From a bacterium (GTDB taxonomy: Bacteria; Patescibacteriota; UBA1384; CAILIB01; JAUSJZ01), in the NCBI GenBank assembly GCA_030647115.1, contig JAUSJZ010000010.1, forward strand, positions 4,540 to 68,539: a stretch of 64,000 nt of DNA, in the 5' to 3' direction. The notes under the pieces are model-generated. The model had not been told where the DNA came from and made no database searches. It saw only the letters and a program-made list of their open reading frames with translations. Below, one piece after another: positions 41,368 through 53,182 of the stretch. Each line of letters opens with the position of its first letter. Positions within the stretch are counted from its first letter, which is position 1. The translations under genes and the position numbers were made by a program.

Positions 41368-43479
41368 ATGGTTGATAAAGTCTCCCTTGATCATGTACGC
41401 AATATAGGCATTATTGCCCATATTGACGCGGGCAAGACGACCGTGACCGAGAGAATACTGTTTTATACGGGTATTACCCATAAAATAGGGGAAGTGCACG
41501 AGGGTGAAGCTACCATGGACTGGATGGAGCAAGAACAAGAGCGTGGTATCACTATTACCGCTGCTGCCACGACCTGCTTTTGGACACCCACCTTCGGTAA
41601 CAACACCGACAACCACCGTATTAACATCATCGACACGCCCGGGCACGTTGACTTCACCATTGAGGTTCAGCGCTCGTTGCGAGTACTAGACGGGGCAGTA
41701 GTCGTCTTAGACGGTAAAATGGGCGTCGAGCCACAGACCGAGACGGTGTGGCGCCAGGCTAACGACAACAACGTACCGCGTATTATCTTTATTAACAAAA
41801 TAAACCTGCTCGGGGGCAACTTTGAACTCTGTATCGAGACAATTAATCAACGTCTGGCCAAAAATGCCCTAATTGCCGCCCTACCAATTGGTGTGGGCGA
41901 TGAGCACCGCGGGGTGGTCGATCTGGTTGAAAATATGGCTATTGTCTACGCCAACGACGAGAAGACAGAGATTAAACAAGAAGAGATACCGGCCGATTTA
42001 AAGGAGCAGGCCCATCTTTATCGCGAACGTCTAATCGAAAAAGCCGTCGAATCAGATGAAGTTCTACTCGAAAAATATCTGGAAGGCGAGGAATTAAGCA
42101 CGGCTGAAATTAGAACAGCCATTCGTAAATCAGTGCTAGCCAATGAGCTTTATCCAATTTTCGTCGGAGACGGACGCACGGCTATCGTAAAATATCTCCT
42201 TAATAATGTCGTTTCCTATCTACCGTCTCCACTAGACCTGCCTCCAGCCGTCGGTGAAGATCCAGACGACCCCGAGAAGCAGCTAGAGCGTAAACCGAGC
42301 AATGATGAGCCTTTAGCCGCCCTAGCCTTCAAAATCGCTTCGGACCCGTTTGTCGGTAAACTGACTTTTATTAGAATATACTCTGGTATTTTGAACAGCG
42401 GTTCGAACATTCTTAATGCCTCCAAAGGCGAGATAGAGCGCATCGGGCGCATCTTCCGTCTGCATGCCAACCACCGTGAAGAGGTCAAAGAAGGTGAGGC
42501 TGGTGAAATTGTCGCCGTCGTCGGTCTCAAACAGACCACTACCGGTGACACTCTGACCGACCCGAAAGCACCGCTAATTATGATGGGCATTAAGGCCACC
42601 CAATCGGTTATTTCGATGGCTATTGAACCCAAAACCAAGGCCGACCAAGAGAAACTGGGTATTGCCCTGGGTCGTCTAGCCGAAGAGGACCCGACTTTTA
42701 GAGTAAGTTCTAACGAAGAGACCGGCCAGACCATCATTGGTGGTATGGGCGAACTCCACTTAGATGTCTTGGTAGACCGCATGCGCCGCGAATTCAAGGT
42801 CGAAGCCAACGTCGGTGCTCCCCAGGTTGCCTTCAAAGAGACTATTCGTAAAGAGGTCGAACAGGAGCACAAGTATGTACGACAGTCTGGTGGTCGGGGC
42901 CAATATGGTCACGTCTACATCAGAGTCTCACCTAATGAAGTAGGTAAGGGTTTTGAATTCATTAACTCCATCGTCGGTGGAACCATACCAAAAGAGTATA
43001 TTCCAGCGGTACAGGCCGGTGTGAAAGAGGCCCTAGAACGGGGTGTTATCGCCGGGTATCCGGTCATCGATGTTAAATGCGAACTCTTTGACGGCACCTT
43101 CCACGAGGTAGACTCATCGGAAATAGCCTTTAAAATTGCCGGCTCCCTGGCTCTACAAGAGGCCGTACGCAAAGCCGACCCGGTTATACTCGAACCAATT
43201 ATGGCCGTCGAGGTCACCACACCGGAAGACTTCTTCGGTGACGTCATGGGCGACCTCAATGCCCGTCGCGGGCGCGTTAACAACACCGAAGACCGCGGTT
43301 CGGTTGGGGTTAAGGTTATACAGGCCGAGGTGCCACTGGCCTCAATGTTTGGCTACGCCACCCAATTACGTTCTATGACCCAGGGTAGAGCTAATTACGT
43401 GATGGAGTTTGCCAATTACGCCGACGTGCCCCGTCATATACAAGAAGAGTTAACTGCCGGTAAACACAAAAGCAGTTAA
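41368..43479 (+). CDS. fusA: elongation factor G
   Basis: 703 aa. [21 protein letters not shown]. Five-domain EF-G length. Confidence 0.96.
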   Translation: MVDKVSLDHVRNIGIIAHIDAGKTTVTERILFYTGITHKIGEVHEGEATMDWMEQEQERGITITAAATTCFWTPTFGNNTDNHRINIIDTPGHVDFTIEVQRSLRVLDGAVVVLDGKMGVEPQTETVWRQANDNNVPRIIFINKINLLGGNFELCIETINQRLAKNALIAALPIGVGDEHRGVVDLVENMAIVYANDEKTEIKQEEIPADLKEQAHLYRERLIEKAVESDEVLLEKYLEGEELSTAEIRTAIRKSVLANELYPIFVGDGRTAIVKYLLNNVVSYLPSPLDLPPAVGEDPDDPEKQLERKPSNDEPLAALAFKIASDPFVGKLTFIRIYSGILNSGSNILNASKGEIERIGRIFRLHANHREEVKEGEAGEIVAVVGLKQTTTGDTLTDPKAPLIMMGIKATQSVISMAIEPKTKADQEKLGIALGRLAEEDPTFRVSSNEETGQTIIGGMGELHLDVLVDRMRREFKVEANVGAPQVAFKETIRKEVEQEHKYVRQSGGRGQYGHVYIRVSPNEVGKGFEFINSIVGGTIPKEYIPAVQAGVKEALERGVIAGYPVIDVKCELFDGTFHEVDSSEIAFKIAGSLALQEAVRKADPVILEPIMAVEVTTPEDFFGDVMGDLNARRGRVNNTEDRGSVGVKVIQAEVPLASMFGYATQLRSMTQGRANYVMEFANYADVPRHIQEELTAGKHKSS

Positions 43480-43489
43480 GACTGATGTG

Positions 43490-43517
43490 TTGACAGATAA
43501 GACCAATCGGGTATAGT
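43490..43517 (+). promoter_or_regulatory. candidate internal promoter for tuf (TTGACA-N16-TATAGT)
   Basis: Consensus-like hexamers in the 115-bp fusA-tuf spacer. Motif only. Confidence 0.35.
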
Positions 43518-43593
43518 ATTTAAGGAGTGAGCCGTTTGACTCGAGTGTTTGGGTTCAGAAACAACTTTATATAACAAAAACTAACAGCTTATT

Positions 43594-44775
43594 ATGGCCG
43601 AGAAATTTGAACGCAGCAAACCGCACGTTAACGTAGGCACCATTGGCCACGTTGATCACGGTAAAACAACTTTAACCGCCGCCATCACCCAGGTTCTCTC
43701 TAAAGAGGGTAAGGCTAAGGCGATGAGTTTTGATCAAATCGATAACGCTCCTGAAGAGCGCGAGCGTGGTATTACCATTGCTACCACTCACTGTGAATAC
43801 GAATCTGATAAGCGTCACTACGCCCACGTCGATTGTCCCGGCCACGCCGACTATGTTAAAAATATGATTACCGGTGCCGCTCAGATGGACGCCGCTATTT
43901 TGGTTGTCTCTGCCCCTGACGGTCCAATGCCTCAAACTCGCGAGCATATCCTCTTGGCTTACCAGGTCGGTGTACCGCAAATAGTCGTTTTCTTGAATAA
44001 GGTAGATATGGTTGATGATGCAGAGCTATTAGAACTGGTAGAAATTGAGATCCGTGAATTGTTAACCAAATATCATTTCCCCGGCGATAAAACTCCTATT
44101 ATCAAAGGTTCAGCCCTTAAGGCCCTTGAAGGTGATGAGAAAGCCGGCGAAGCGATCAAAGAGTTAATTCAAGCCCTTGATGATTACGTTGTCGACCCGG
44201 TGCGTGAAATTGACAAAGACCTACTAATGCCGATTGAAGATGTCTTCTCGATCAAAGGTCGTGGCACCGTCGCTACTGGTCGTATTGAGCGCGGTCAGGT
44301 CAAAGTTAACGATGAGGTTGAGATAGTCGGTGTTAAACCGACCCGCAAGGTAATCGTTACCGGTGTAGAGATGTTTAAGAAGATGCTTGATTCCGGTCAA
44401 GCCGGTGACAACGTCGGTATTTTGCTGCGTGGTATTGAGCGAGAAGAGATTGAGCGTGGTCAGGTTTTGGCCAAACCAGGTTCAATTACCCCTCATACCG
44501 AGTACGAAGCCGAGGTTTATATCTTAAGCAAAGAAGAGGGTGGACGTCACACACCATTCTTTAAGGGCTACAAGCCGCAATTCTACGTGCGTACTACCGA
44601 TGTTACCGGTGAAGTAGAGTTGCCAGAAGGCGCCGAGATGGTTATGCCCGGTGACACCGTCAATCTAGTCATCAAGCTCATCGTCCCGATTGCTCTTGAA
44701 GATGGTATGCGCTTCGCCATCAGAGAAGGTGGTCGTACCGTCGGAGCCGGTGTAGTAACCAAAATAATCAAATAG
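43594..44775 (+). CDS. tuf: elongation factor Tu
   Basis: 393 aa. [31 protein letters not shown]. Confidence 0.97.
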   Translation: MAEKFERSKPHVNVGTIGHVDHGKTTLTAAITQVLSKEGKAKAMSFDQIDNAPEERERGITIATTHCEYESDKRHYAHVDCPGHADYVKNMITGAAQMDAAILVVSAPDGPMPQTREHILLAYQVGVPQIVVFLNKVDMVDDAELLELVEIEIRELLTKYHFPGDKTPIIKGSALKALEGDEKAGEAIKELIQALDDYVVDPVREIDKDLLMPIEDVFSIKGRGTVATGRIERGQVKVNDEVEIVGVKPTRKVIVTGVEMFKKMLDSGQAGDNVGILLRGIEREEIERGQVLAKPGSITPHTEYEAEVYILSKEEGGRHTPFFKGYKPQFYVRTTDVTGEVELPEGAEMVMPGDTVNLVIKLIVPIALEDGMRFAIREGGRTVGAGVVTKIIK

Positions 44776-44843
44776 GTACACAAGCAGCTCTCTAAGCAAT
44801 TAGAGGGCTGTTGTGTCTCTAGCAGAGACTAAATTATAAGAAG

Positions 44844-45170
44844 ATGGCCAAGACTGAACAATCATATAAACAACGTATCCGCATCCGCCTTAAAGCGTAT
44901 GATCATCGTATTATCGATTCTGCCGCTAAGCAGATAATCGAGACGGTTGAGCGTACCGGAGCCCGCACCATTGGGCCCATACCGCTACCAACCGATAAAT
45001 CGATTTATACCGTACTGCGGTCGCCGCACGTCCACAAGGACTCACGGGAACAGTTTGAGATGCGCACGCACAAGCGTATGATTGACGTCTTTGACCCCGC
45101 TTCCAACACCATCGACAATCTCATGCATCTAGACCTGCCTGCCGGGGTAGATGTAGAGATGAAGATGTAA
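44844..45170 (+). CDS. rpsJ: 30S ribosomal protein S10
   Basis: 108 aa. RIRLKAYDH..LDxS family pattern. First gene of the S10 cluster. Confidence 0.93.
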   Translation: MAKTEQSYKQRIRIRLKAYDHRIIDSAAKQIIETVERTGARTIGPIPLPTDKSIYTVLRSPHVHKDSREQFEMRTHKRMIDVFDPASNTIDNLMHLDLPAGVDVEMKM

Positions 45171-45249
45171 CAATTAACCGATACTACCCTAATTTGGGGA
45201 CAAGTCGGCTCAATAGTTTGAGCCGTTAATATGGCTCAATTTTTATAAA

Positions 45250-45771
45250 ATGGCTTTCATGATTGCTAGTAAACAAGGTATGACTCGTATCCATCGTCAA
45301 GATGGTAGTATTGCTGCGGTCACTGTTTTGAAATGCGAACCCCTGAACGTGCTTGGACAACGGACAACCGCCAAAGACGGTTATTCGGCTACTATTGTCC
45401 AATCAGGTAAGACTACCAAAGAGACCCAATCTGATAAAACAAAACTCGAAGATTTCACGGCCGACCAATTAGTTAAAATTGTCGGTGTCACTAAGGGTAA
45501 AGGCTTCAGTGGTACCGTTAAACGACACGGGTTCAGCATTGGCCCCAAATCACACGGTTCACATAATATGAGAGCGCCCGGCTCAATTGGTTCCGGTTAT
45601 CCACAACGAGTCGTCAAGGGTCGACCGATGCCCGGGCGTTTAGGAGCCACCCAAACCACCATCACTACCTTTGTTGAATCGGTCCTAGACAAAGAAAACC
45701 TATTATTGGTCAGAGGCTCCGTTCCTGGTAGCCGTGGTACCATTTTAACGGTTGAAGGAGTACAGCAATGA
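45250..45771 (+). CDS. rplC: 50S ribosomal protein L3 (short, 173 aa)
   Basis: N-terminal GMTRI and central [13 protein letters not shown] motifs. An in-frame stop at 45214 precludes N-terminal extension. It is shorter than the typical ~210 aa. Confidence 0.85.
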   Translation: MAFMIASKQGMTRIHRQDGSIAAVTVLKCEPLNVLGQRTTAKDGYSATIVQSGKTTKETQSDKTKLEDFTADQLVKIVGVTKGKGFSGTVKRHGFSIGPKSHGSHNMRAPGSIGSGYPQRVVKGRPMPGRLGATQTTITTFVESVLDKENLLLVRGSVPGSRGTILTVEGVQQ

Positions 45772-46373
45772 ACATCTCGTTAATTAACCAAGAATCAATC
45801 GGTGAGATGACATTCCCTAAGTCGCTCGAGCGCGAGGTGTCACCACTATTAATAAGCCAGTACGTGGCTTATGTTCAGAGTGCTACCACCAAGAAGACCG
45901 GTCACACCAAAACCAGGGGTGAGGTTAGTGGAGGGGGTAAGAAGCCCTGGAAACAGAAAGGCACCGGCCGCGCCCGTCACGGTTCCTCACGGTCTCCAAT
46001 CTGGACCGGTGGTGGTGTTGTCTTTGGACCTCGACGCGAACAGGAAAAAACGGTCCGCATGAATAAAAAGATGAGAAGGTTGGCACTGGCAGCCTTATTG
46101 ACCATGGCCGCCAAAGATAAGCGACTGGCGGTAGCCGAATTTGACGAGACTAACGCTCCTAAACAGATAAGAACCCAACTACAGCAGTATCTTGCTCAAA
46201 AAGACGCCGTTCTGGTCATCCAAAGCATGGCTTCACCACTGAAGAAAGCCTCGAACCTCGATAAAACCAAATCAATCTCTATCAATCGTTTTGGGGCGCG
46301 ACAGTTGTACTCCAAAAAAATGATCGTTTTTGATAAGGAATCATTTGATAATCTGGTAAATCGACTGCAATGA
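45768..46373 (+). CDS. rplD: 50S ribosomal protein L4
   Basis: 201 aa. Position and similarity to L4 ([21 protein letters not shown]). Confidence 0.9.
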   Translation: MNISLINQESIGEMTFPKSLEREVSPLLISQYVAYVQSATTKKTGHTKTRGEVSGGGKKPWKQKGTGRARHGSSRSPIWTGGGVVFGPRREQEKTVRMNKKMRRLALAALLTMAAKDKRLAVAEFDETNAPKQIRTQLQQYLAQKDAVLVIQSMASPLKKASNLDKTKSISINRFGARQLYSKKMIVFDKESFDNLVNRLQ

Positions 46374-46663
46374 AAGCTCATCTAACCGAAAAGTCGGTCA
46401 CTCTAGCCAACCAAGATCATCCTTGTTTCACCTTTTTAGTGAATAAGGCCGATACGTCAGCCCACATCAAGGCGCTGGTAAAGACCTTATACCAGGTAGA
46501 TGCGACCGACATCAGATTTATCAACAACGTTGCCAAACAGGTTAAATTCAGAGGTAAGAAGGGCTCGCGTGGTGCCATCCGTAAGGCCATAATCACCCTC
46601 AAGCCCAAGCAGAGAATTGACTTATTTGACGTGAAAGAAGAAAAACCGACCGATGGCAAATAG
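46370..46663 (+). CDS. rplW: 50S ribosomal protein L23
   Basis: 97 aa. Position between L4 and L2. Family-typical length. Confidence 0.85.
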   Translation: MKAHLTEKSVTLANQDHPCFTFLVNKADTSAHIKALVKTLYQVDATDIRFINNVAKQVKFRGKKGSRGAIRKAIITLKPKQRIDLFDVKEEKPTDGK

Positions 46664-47462
46664 ACTATTAAAACCAACCTCCGCCGGCCGGCGCGGCATG
46701 ACCGCGCGTGATTTTAGTATGGTCACCGATAACACCAGAATAAAAAGCCTGACTGCCAGCAAGAAAGAACAGGCGGGTAGAAATACTCAAGGCCACTTAA
46801 CTGTGCGACATCGCGGTGGCGGTGCCAAGAGACTCTTTCGTACCATTGACTTTAAACGTAACCTAGAAGGTCAACAGCAGGTCAAAGCAATCCAGTATGA
46901 CCCCAATCGTACCGCCAGAGTTGCCTTACTAGAGAATAAACAGGGCGAGAACAGCTTCATCTTAGCCACTACAACCATGAAGGTCGGTGACACTATTAGT
47001 CACGGTCCCACGGCCGAGATTAAGGATGGCAACACCCTGCCACTGCAAAACATACCGGTAGGCTTAACCGTGCACAACATTGAGGGCCAGCCGGGTCAGG
47101 GTGGCAAGTATGCCCGCGCTGCCGGCACCTACGCCATTTTGCAAGGACTAGATAACGGCTATGCTACAGTTAAACTGATGAGCGGTACCATTATGAAGAT
47201 AAGCGATCGTTGTCTTGCAACTTTGGGCCAAACGAGTAACATACATAACGCTAGTGTAGTCATTGGTAAAGCCGGACGAAATAGAAATCTCGGCAAGAGA
47301 CCAACCGTTCGTGGTAAGGCAATGCACCCGGCCGCTCACCCCCATGGTGGTGGTGAAGGTAATAACGGTATTGGTTTACGCAAAGGACCCAAAACGAAGT
47401 GGGGAGCCCAGGCTTTGGGTGTGAAGACTAGCAAACGCAACCGTAAAAAGAAACTAAAATAA
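46653..47462 (+). CDS. rplB: 50S ribosomal protein L2
   Basis: 269 aa. Conserved HPHGGGEG motif. Confidence 0.95.
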   Translation: MANRLLKPTSAGRRGMTARDFSMVTDNTRIKSLTASKKEQAGRNTQGHLTVRHRGGGAKRLFRTIDFKRNLEGQQQVKAIQYDPNRTARVALLENKQGENSFILATTTMKVGDTISHGPTAEIKDGNTLPLQNIPVGLTVHNIEGQPGQGGKYARAAGTYAILQGLDNGYATVKLMSGTIMKISDRCLATLGQTSNIHNASVVIGKAGRNRNLGKRPTVRGKAMHPAAHPHGGGEGNNGIGLRKGPKTKWGAQALGVKTSKRNRKKKLK

Positions 47463-47465
47463 GCG

Positions 47466-47771
47466 ATGGCCCGTTCAATCAAAAAAGGTTCATACACTCA
47501 CTACTCAATCTTAGAGAAGATTGGTCGTCTTAGAGCTGGTGATAAAACCGTTATCAAAACCTGGAGTCGTTCATCTACTATTATCCCCGAGATGATCGGT
47601 TATCGTTTCGGCGTGCATAACGGTCGCACCTTTACGGAACTGTTAGTCACTGAAGATCATGTGGGTCACAAGCTTGGTGAATTTTCCCCGACCCGTAAAT
47701 TCACCAGACACGGTGGTCGCATGGCTAAAGATCAGGCCGACAGCACTAAAACTGGTAACAGAACCGAGTGA
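47466..47771 (+). CDS. rpsS: 30S ribosomal protein S19
   Basis: 101 aa. MARSIKKG.. N-terminus and GHKLGEFSPTR motif. Confidence 0.93.
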   Translation: MARSIKKGSYTHYSILEKIGRLRAGDKTVIKTWSRSSTIIPEMIGYRFGVHNGRTFTELLVTEDHVGHKLGEFSPTRKFTRHGGRMAKDQADSTKTGNRTE

Positions 47772-48136
47772 TGATATACAGCTACAACGTTCGTTATCTG
47801 CGCATCTCACCGAAGAAGCTACAACAGGTTAGTGCCCTGGTTAGTGGTAGTAACACAAATAAGGCTTTGGATATTTTAGCGGTTCAAAAACAGAAGGGGG
47901 CCAGCATGTTATATCAAGCCATTAAATCGGCTCTGAATAACGCTGCTGCCACTAATATTGATTTGAACCACTATCGCATTGTCGGTATCGCCTGTAATAA
48001 AGGTCCGGTATTCATGCGTCGTTGGGTCAGATTACGCGGAACATCAACTCCCAAAAGAAAGTACACCACCCACGCCCGCATCGATTTTGGCGAAACCAAA
48101 CCAAAACAGTCAAAAGTGAAACAGCCCGCTAAATAA
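47768..48136 (+). CDS. rplV: 50S ribosomal protein L22
   Basis: 122 aa. Position and similarity (ALDIL..Q..KGA). Confidence 0.88.
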   Translation: MMIYSYNVRYLRISPKKLQQVSALVSGSNTNKALDILAVQKQKGASMLYQAIKSALNNAAATNIDLNHYRIVGIACNKGPVFMRRWVRLRGTSTPKRKYTTHARIDFGETKPKQSKVKQPAK

Positions 48137-48138
48137 TT

Positions 48139-48810
48139 ATGGGACACAAAGTACATCCAAGCGGAATGAGGCGCGGTCTGCGGTCTGAATGGCCGTCGAA
48201 GTGGTTTTCTAGTGGTACCAAATATCGCGATCAGCTAATAGAAGACATCACCATCCGTAAACAAATCGGAGCCCGCTTCAATCAAGCCGGCATTGAAGAT
48301 ATCATCATCAAGCGCAACGCCAATCTGTTAGAGATTGAAATTAAAACGGCCAAGCCGGGTATTATTATCGGTCGTAGCGGTGCCGGTGCCAAGGGTCTCA
48401 AGGTATTAATTGAAGACCAGTATCGTAATTTACCTAAAGCCCAACAGCCTCACATCCGCATTAATATTGTCGAAATCAAGAACCCCGATTTATCGGCCCA
48501 ATTGATTGCCGAGAATATCGCCCGCTCCATTGAACGCCGCATTAACGTGCGTCGAGCCGTACAACAGGCATTAGAACGGGCTAAAGAGAAAGGCGTGAAG
48601 GGTATGAAAATAAGGGTCTCCGGTCGTCTGAACGGGGCTGACATCGCTCGCTCTGAATATGTAAACTACGGTTCGGTGCCTCTTTCTACCTTCAAATCAC
48701 AGATTGCCTACAGTTTGGTGCACGCTTTAACCGGTTTCGGTATCATTGGGGTTAAAGTCTGGGTCTACCGTGGTATTGATGAGCCATTAAGAGAGAGCTC
48801 TAAAAATTAA
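48139..48810 (+). CDS. rpsC: 30S ribosomal protein S3
   Basis: 223 aa. [12 protein letters not shown]-terminus and KH domain. Confidence 0.95.
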   Translation: MGHKVHPSGMRRGLRSEWPSKWFSSGTKYRDQLIEDITIRKQIGARFNQAGIEDIIIKRNANLLEIEIKTAKPGIIIGRSGAGAKGLKVLIEDQYRNLPKAQQPHIRINIVEIKNPDLSAQLIAENIARSIERRINVRRAVQQALERAKEKGVKGMKIRVSGRLNGADIARSEYVNYGSVPLSTFKSQIAYSLVHALTGFGIIGVKVWVYRGIDEPLRESSKN

Positions 48811-48812
48811 TT

Positions 48813-49226
48813 ATGTTACTACCCAAGCGAGTTAAACATCGTAAACACCAGCGCGGCAGCAACCGCGGCGTAGCCGCACAGGGCTGCCACGTTAACTTTG
48901 GGCAGTTTGGTCTGCAGGCATTAGAGAACGGTCAGTTATCATCGCGTCAAATTGAGTCAGCCAGACGCGCTATTACCAGACATATTAAACGTGGCGGTCA
49001 GGTATGGATCCGTGTCTTTCCCGATCATCCTCTCACCAAAAAAGGAGCAGAGGTTCCGATGGGGAAAGGCAAAGGCGCCGTAGACCACTATGTAGCCAAG
49101 GTTAAACGAGGCCGAGTGTTGTTTGAAATCGGCGGTGTTGACGATGCCCTCGCCAGAGAGTCATTGCACCTGGCAGCGTATAAGTTGTCGGTTAAGACAG
49201 CTATTAAAGCGAGAATGACGATATGA
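48813..49226 (+). CDS. rplP: 50S ribosomal protein L16
   Basis: 137 aa. [16 protein letters not shown]-terminus. Confidence 0.95.
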   Translation: MLLPKRVKHRKHQRGSNRGVAAQGCHVNFGQFGLQALENGQLSSRQIESARRAITRHIKRGGQVWIRVFPDHPLTKKGAEVPMGKGKGAVDHYVAKVKRGRVLFEIGGVDDALARESLHLAAYKLSVKTAIKARMTI

Positions 49227-49378
49227 AACGCCAAGACGAATTAATTAGTTGGCGTAAAAAGACTCCGGTGGCTTTGCGGGCTGAATTAAAGGAGATCAGA
49301 CTTGACAGCTCCAAAAAGATGACCCGGGCCAGAATTCTGACTATTTTACGAGAAAAGCAATTGGCAACCAATGAATAA
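49223..49378 (+). CDS. rpmC: 50S ribosomal protein L29 (found by hand; below ORF-track length cutoff)
   Basis: 51 aa ([51 protein letters not shown]). ATGA overlap with the rplP stop. The stop overlaps the rpsQ start. Expected position between L16 and S17. Confidence 0.8.
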   Translation: MKRQDELISWRKKTPVALRAELKEIRLDSSKKMTRARILTILREKQLATNE

Positions 49379-49613
49379 GAAATTACACCTAATTCTAACC
49401 GGAGTCGTTGAAGGAGTACGTGAAAACACGGTCCGGGTTAAGGTGGCTCGTTTTAAGCGACATCCGATCTATCTGAAAAAATACACCGTGCACAAAACCT
49501 ATTTTGCCGTGTTACCAACCGGTTTGACGGTTAGTATAGGTGACGAGGTAAACATTATGAATCGCCCTAAAATGAGCAAGAGCAAGGCCTGGCAAGTAGT
49601 TAAAACACCCTAA
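49371..49613 (+). CDS. rpsQ: 30S ribosomal protein S17
   Basis: 80 aa. [26 protein letters not shown] motif. Confidence 0.92.
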   Translation: MNKKLHLILTGVVEGVRENTVRVKVARFKRHPIYLKKYTVHKTYFAVLPTGLTVSIGDEVNIMNRPKMSKSKAWQVVKTP

Positions 49614-49981
49614 TGGTACAACCAGGTAGTAGACTACAAATTGCCGATAATACCGGAGCACGCGTCATTGAATGCATTACGGTTTTAGGTGGAGCCGCTC
49701 GCGATGCCGCTACCGTAGGTGATATCATCTCTGCTAGTGTAAAGGTTGCCTCACCCCACGGTCAGGTAAAGAGAAAGGCCTTAGTCAAAGCGGTCATTGT
49801 GCGTCAGAAAAAAACCATGCAACGAGTTGACGGTTCCAATATCCGTTTCGACGAAAACGCGGCGGTCATCATTGATGCCAACAAAGAACCGGTCGGCACC
49901 CGCATCTTTGGCCCCATACCACGTGAGTTACGAGATATGGGTTACCGTAAGATAATTTCGCTAGCGCAAGAAGTATTATGA
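49613..49981 (+). CDS. rplN: 50S ribosomal protein L14
   Basis: 122 aa. [18 protein letters not shown]-terminus. Confidence 0.95.
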   Translation: MVQPGSRLQIADNTGARVIECITVLGGAARDAATVGDIISASVKVASPHGQVKRKALVKAVIVRQKKTMQRVDGSNIRFDENAAVIIDANKEPVGTRIFGPIPRELRDMGYRKIISLAQEVL

Positions 49982-50301
49982 GAAAGATAAAAGTAGGCGA
50001 TACTGTTATTGTTAGATCTGGTAAAGACCGTACTAAAATTGGCCAGGTTGAAGTTATAATCGCCGGTCGGGCCTTGGTGAACGGTATCAATATAGTCAAG
50101 AAACACCAGAAGAAGACCGCCGCCACTCCGCAAGGAGGCATTATTGAAAAGAGTTTGCCGGTTCACGTGTCCAAACTGATGCTGATAGATGCTAAGCTGA
50201 AAAAACCGACTCGGGTCAGATTCCAGATAGACGCAGGCAAAAAGGAGCGTCGTTACACCAAAAGCCAGGAATTGGTTACCGTAAAGACCACCACCAAATA
50301 A
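49978..50301 (+). CDS. rplX: 50S ribosomal protein L24
   Basis: 107 aa. [23 protein letters not shown] motif. Confidence 0.92.
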   Translation: MRKIKVGDTVIVRSGKDRTKIGQVEVIIAGRALVNGINIVKKHQKKTAATPQGGIIEKSLPVHVSKLMLIDAKLKKPTRVRFQIDAGKKERRYTKSQELVTVKTTTK

Positions 50302-50843
50302 TGTCACCAACAAACATCATTACCTCGAAGCCGAACCTCGAAGCTCTCCAAAAAGAGCTGGGCTTGAAGAACATCGAAGCCACCCCTCGAATTAAAGGTG
50401 TCGTGTTAAATGTCGGTGTCGGTCGTATCGTGGAAAAAGAACAACGACAAAAGGTAGCCGAATTTTTAGGTAGAATCGCCGGTCAAAAGCCGGTTCCGAC
50501 CAAAGCTCGTAAATCGGTGGCTGCTTTCAAAATTAGAGAGGGCAACATCGTCGGTTATAAAGTTACCTTGCGCGGCGCTAAGATGTATCGTTTTCTTGAT
50601 AAATTGATTAACGTCTCTCTGCCACGCACGCGTGACTTTAGAGGTATCAAAAAAACAGCCGTCTCTAAATCTGGTATCAGCCTGGGCATTAAAGACATCG
50701 CCATCTTCCCCGATATCAAACCGGAGGAACTAAAAGAGAACCAGGGCATTCAGGTCAATATAATTTTATCTAATATCAATCAAGAGACAGTTAATAAAGT
50801 AGCACAATATTTAGGCTTACCCCTAGAAAAAGACAATGGCTAA
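50301..50843 (+). CDS. rplE: 50S ribosomal protein L5
   Basis: 180 aa. Position and similarity. Confidence 0.93.
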   Translation: MSPTNIITSKPNLEALQKELGLKNIEATPRIKGVVLNVGVGRIVEKEQRQKVAEFLGRIAGQKPVPTKARKSVAAFKIREGNIVGYKVTLRGAKMYRFLDKLINVSLPRTRDFRGIKKTAVSKSGISLGIKDIAIFPDIKPEELKENQGIQVNIILSNINQETVNKVAQYLGLPLEKDNG

Positions 50844-51021
50844 AACATCATTAATAGTTAAGGCAAATCGACAACCCAAATTCTCAACCCGTAAAGTAAC
50901 CCGGTGTAAGCTTTGTGGACGCTCAAAAGCCTATATGCGTACCTTCGGTATGTGCCGGCTCTGCTTCCGCGAATACGCCTCACGTGGTGAGATACCCGGT
51001 ATTAAAAAAGCTAGTTGGTAA
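50836..51021 (+). CDS. rpsN: 30S ribosomal protein S14, short zinc-binding type (type Z)
   Basis: 61 aa with CKLCGRS...CRLCFRE (C-x2-C ... C-x2-C). Confidence 0.93.
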   Translation: MAKTSLIVKANRQPKFSTRKVTRCKLCGRSKAYMRTFGMCRLCFREYASRGEIPGIKKASW

Positions 51022-51022
51022 T

Positions 51023-51397
51023 ATGACAGACCCTATTGCAGATACAATTACCCGCATCAGAAATGCGGTCATGACCCAAAACAAAGCATGTGAAATTTTA
51101 GCTTCGTCTTTTAACAGTCGTCTTTTAGAGCTGCTCAAAGAAGAAGGTTACTTAGGTGAGATCAGCCGCGATGAACAGAACCCACGGGTATTGAAGGTAA
51201 ACCTCCTATCTGATAAGATTCATGGGTTGAAGAGATTAAGTAAACCGGGCCGTCGTCTTTATGTTGGCCACAAGCATATTCCGATTTCACTTTCCGGCTA
51301 CGGTACTATCATTGTTTCGACACCAAAGGGTTTACTGACCGGAAAGTCCGCTCGACAGCAACATTTAGGTGGAGAATTAATAGTCGAAATAAACTAA
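51023..51397 (+). CDS. rpsH: 30S ribosomal protein S8
   Basis: 124 aa from MTDPIADTITRIRNA. The upstream part of the listed ORF (50915) overlaps rpsN and was trimmed. Confidence 0.92.
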   Translation: MTDPIADTITRIRNAVMTQNKACEILASSFNSRLLELLKEEGYLGEISRDEQNPRVLKVNLLSDKIHGLKRLSKPGRRLYVGHKHIPISLSGYGTIIVSTPKGLLTGKSARQQHLGGELIVEIN

Positions 51398-51401
51398 CAA
51401 A

Positions 51402-51944
51402 GTGTCACGCATCGGTATTAAACCAATTGAATTACCTAACGGCGTTACCGTCAATGAACAAGACGGTCTATTAGAGGTGACCAACGGTAAGAACGTTTTG
51501 CCGGTGAGTTTGCCGAAATCACTGGAATTAGTCACTAGTGACCAAACTTTATCAATCAAGAGAAAGAATAACGATCAAGAGACATTGGCCCTACACGGTA
51601 CAGTACGGATGCTACTAGCTAATGCCATTCAAGGTCTGGCAGAGGGCTGGAATAAGGTGCTTGAGTTTCACGGCTCTGGTTACCGAGCGGCTGTTACTGA
51701 TCGCGAACTAGAGCTGCATCTGGGCTATTCACATCCGATTGTCTACCACATACCTGATGGCATTGAAATCACGGTCGTGAAGAACCACATCACCGTCAGT
51801 GGCTACGACAAGCAACAGGTCGGTCAGGTAGCCGCTATTATTCGCGATTATCGTAAACCGGAACCCTACAAGGGTAAGGGCATCAAGTACCGTGGTGAAC
51901 ACATCATTCGTAAAGTAGGCAAGGCCTTAAAGAGCACCGCCTAA
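51402..51944 (+). CDS. rplF: 50S ribosomal protein L6
   Basis: 180 aa with a GTG start. SRIGIKPIELPNGVTV N-terminus. Confidence 0.92.
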   Translation: MSRIGIKPIELPNGVTVNEQDGLLEVTNGKNVLPVSLPKSLELVTSDQTLSIKRKNNDQETLALHGTVRMLLANAIQGLAEGWNKVLEFHGSGYRAAVTDRELELHLGYSHPIVYHIPDGIEITVVKNHITVSGYDKQQVGQVAAIIRDYRKPEPYKGKGIKYRGEHIIRKVGKALKSTA

Positions 51945-52270
51945 TGAATAATACAGCCCGAACAATTAGAGTCAGAAATAAGCTCAAGCTTGTTTCGAGC
52001 CGCCCACGATTGAGCATCTTTAAAAGCAACCGTTATCTTTCGGTACAGCTAATTGACGATCAAAACAATAAGTCTATTTTAGGGGTACACGAGAAAAAAA
52101 TGGCTGGCAAGACTAAAATAGAACGAATCAAGCAATTGGCCCAACAGACGGCCGAACAGCTTAAACAAGCCAAACAGACTAAAGTATATTTTGATCGCGG
52201 CAAAAACAGATATCACGGTCAGATTGCCTCATTTGTTGAAGAACTACGACAAGCTGGTATAAATATCTAA
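51944..52270 (+). CDS. rplR: 50S ribosomal protein L18
   Basis: 108 aa. Position and similarity (RLSIFKSNRYLSVQLIDD). Confidence 0.9.
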   Translation: MNNTARTIRVRNKLKLVSSRPRLSIFKSNRYLSVQLIDDQNNKSILGVHEKKMAGKTKIERIKQLAQQTAEQLKQAKQTKVYFDRGKNRYHGQIASFVEELRQAGINI

Positions 52271-52271
52271 G

Positions 52272-52769
52272 ATGTACAATAACGAAAACCGTCACAATAA
52301 TCAGCGCAACCGACCCCGACCGGTTAGTGAATACGAAGAGAAGATAGTTGACGTGGCTCGCGTTACCAGAGTAGTTAAGGGTGGGCGTCGCATGCGTTTT
52401 CGAGTATTGGTAGTCATCGGCAATAAGAAAGGCCGAATTGGAGCCGGCATTGCTAAGGGTTCGGAAGTACCAACCGCCATGCGAAAGGCGATTGAGACTG
52501 CTAAAAAGAAGATGTTAGACGTGGTAATTACCGATAGTGGTTCCATACCACACGAGACCAGAGCCCGTTATTCGGCCAGTGAGATTGTTCTTTTCCCAGC
52601 TCCAGAGGGTTCTTCACTCGTCTCCGGCGGTACCGCCAGAACGGTTTTAGAGCTCGCCGGCTACAAGAACATTGTCTCTAAGAGTCTCGGGTCAAATAAC
52701 AAGCTAAACTGCGTCTTTGCTACCCTAGAAGCCCTAGAGAACCTTAAGAAGCGTAATTTAACCCAATGA
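52272..52769 (+). CDS. rpsE: 30S ribosomal protein S5
   Basis: 165 aa. [24 protein letters not shown] dsRBD motif. Confidence 0.95.
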   Translation: MYNNENRHNNQRNRPRPVSEYEEKIVDVARVTRVVKGGRRMRFRVLVVIGNKKGRIGAGIAKGSEVPTAMRKAIETAKKKMLDVVITDSGSIPHETRARYSASEIVLFPAPEGSSLVSGGTARTVLELAGYKNIVSKSLGSNNKLNCVFATLEALENLKKRNLTQ

Positions 52770-53182
52770 TTGCCTTAGTAAAAATACACCATTCGAAAAA
52801 GAGAGTTGGCCGCGGCATTGCTGCCGGTCAAGGTAAGACCGCCGGCCGAGGCACCAAAGGGCAAAACTCACGTACCGGTAAGAAAAGACACTCCGGCTTC
52901 ACCACCGGTGCCAGCCCGTTGCAGATGCGCCTGCCCAAGATTGAGGGCAATAAGGTGGTCAATCGATATTACAGCCTTACCACCGATAGACTGGCACAGT
53001 TTTTCCAAAAAGACGATGCGATTACTATTAAGGAACTGCAGCACCACGGCCTACTACCTCAAAAATTGCCGCCTAAGGCGGTCGTTAAGGTTATCATGGG
53101 GACCAAACAAGACTTCGATCTAAAGCTAGATTCAGCTATTGCTCACTCCAAAAGCATAGTCGTTAAAGTTGAAACCGCTTAA
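52766..53182 (+). CDS. rplO: 50S ribosomal protein L15
   Basis: 138 aa with a Gly/Arg-rich N-terminus. It follows rpsE directly, so no L30 gene intervenes. Confidence 0.92.
   Translation: MIALVKIHHSKKRVGRGIAAGQGKTAGRGTKGQNSRTGKKRHSGFTTGASPLQMRLPKIEGNKVVNRYYSLTTDRLAQFFQKDDAITIKELQHHGLLPQKLPPKAVVKVIMGTKQDFDLKLDSAIAHSKSIVVKVETA

Noticed and set aside
42216-43286. Two long minus-strand ORFs (218 aa and 123 aa) inside fusA
   Set aside because: Antisense to a highly conserved EF-G gene. Ser/Arg-rich translations.
50915-51022. Upstream part of listed rpsH ORF
   Set aside because: Overlaps rpsN in another frame. The conserved S8 N-terminus begins at ATG 51023.
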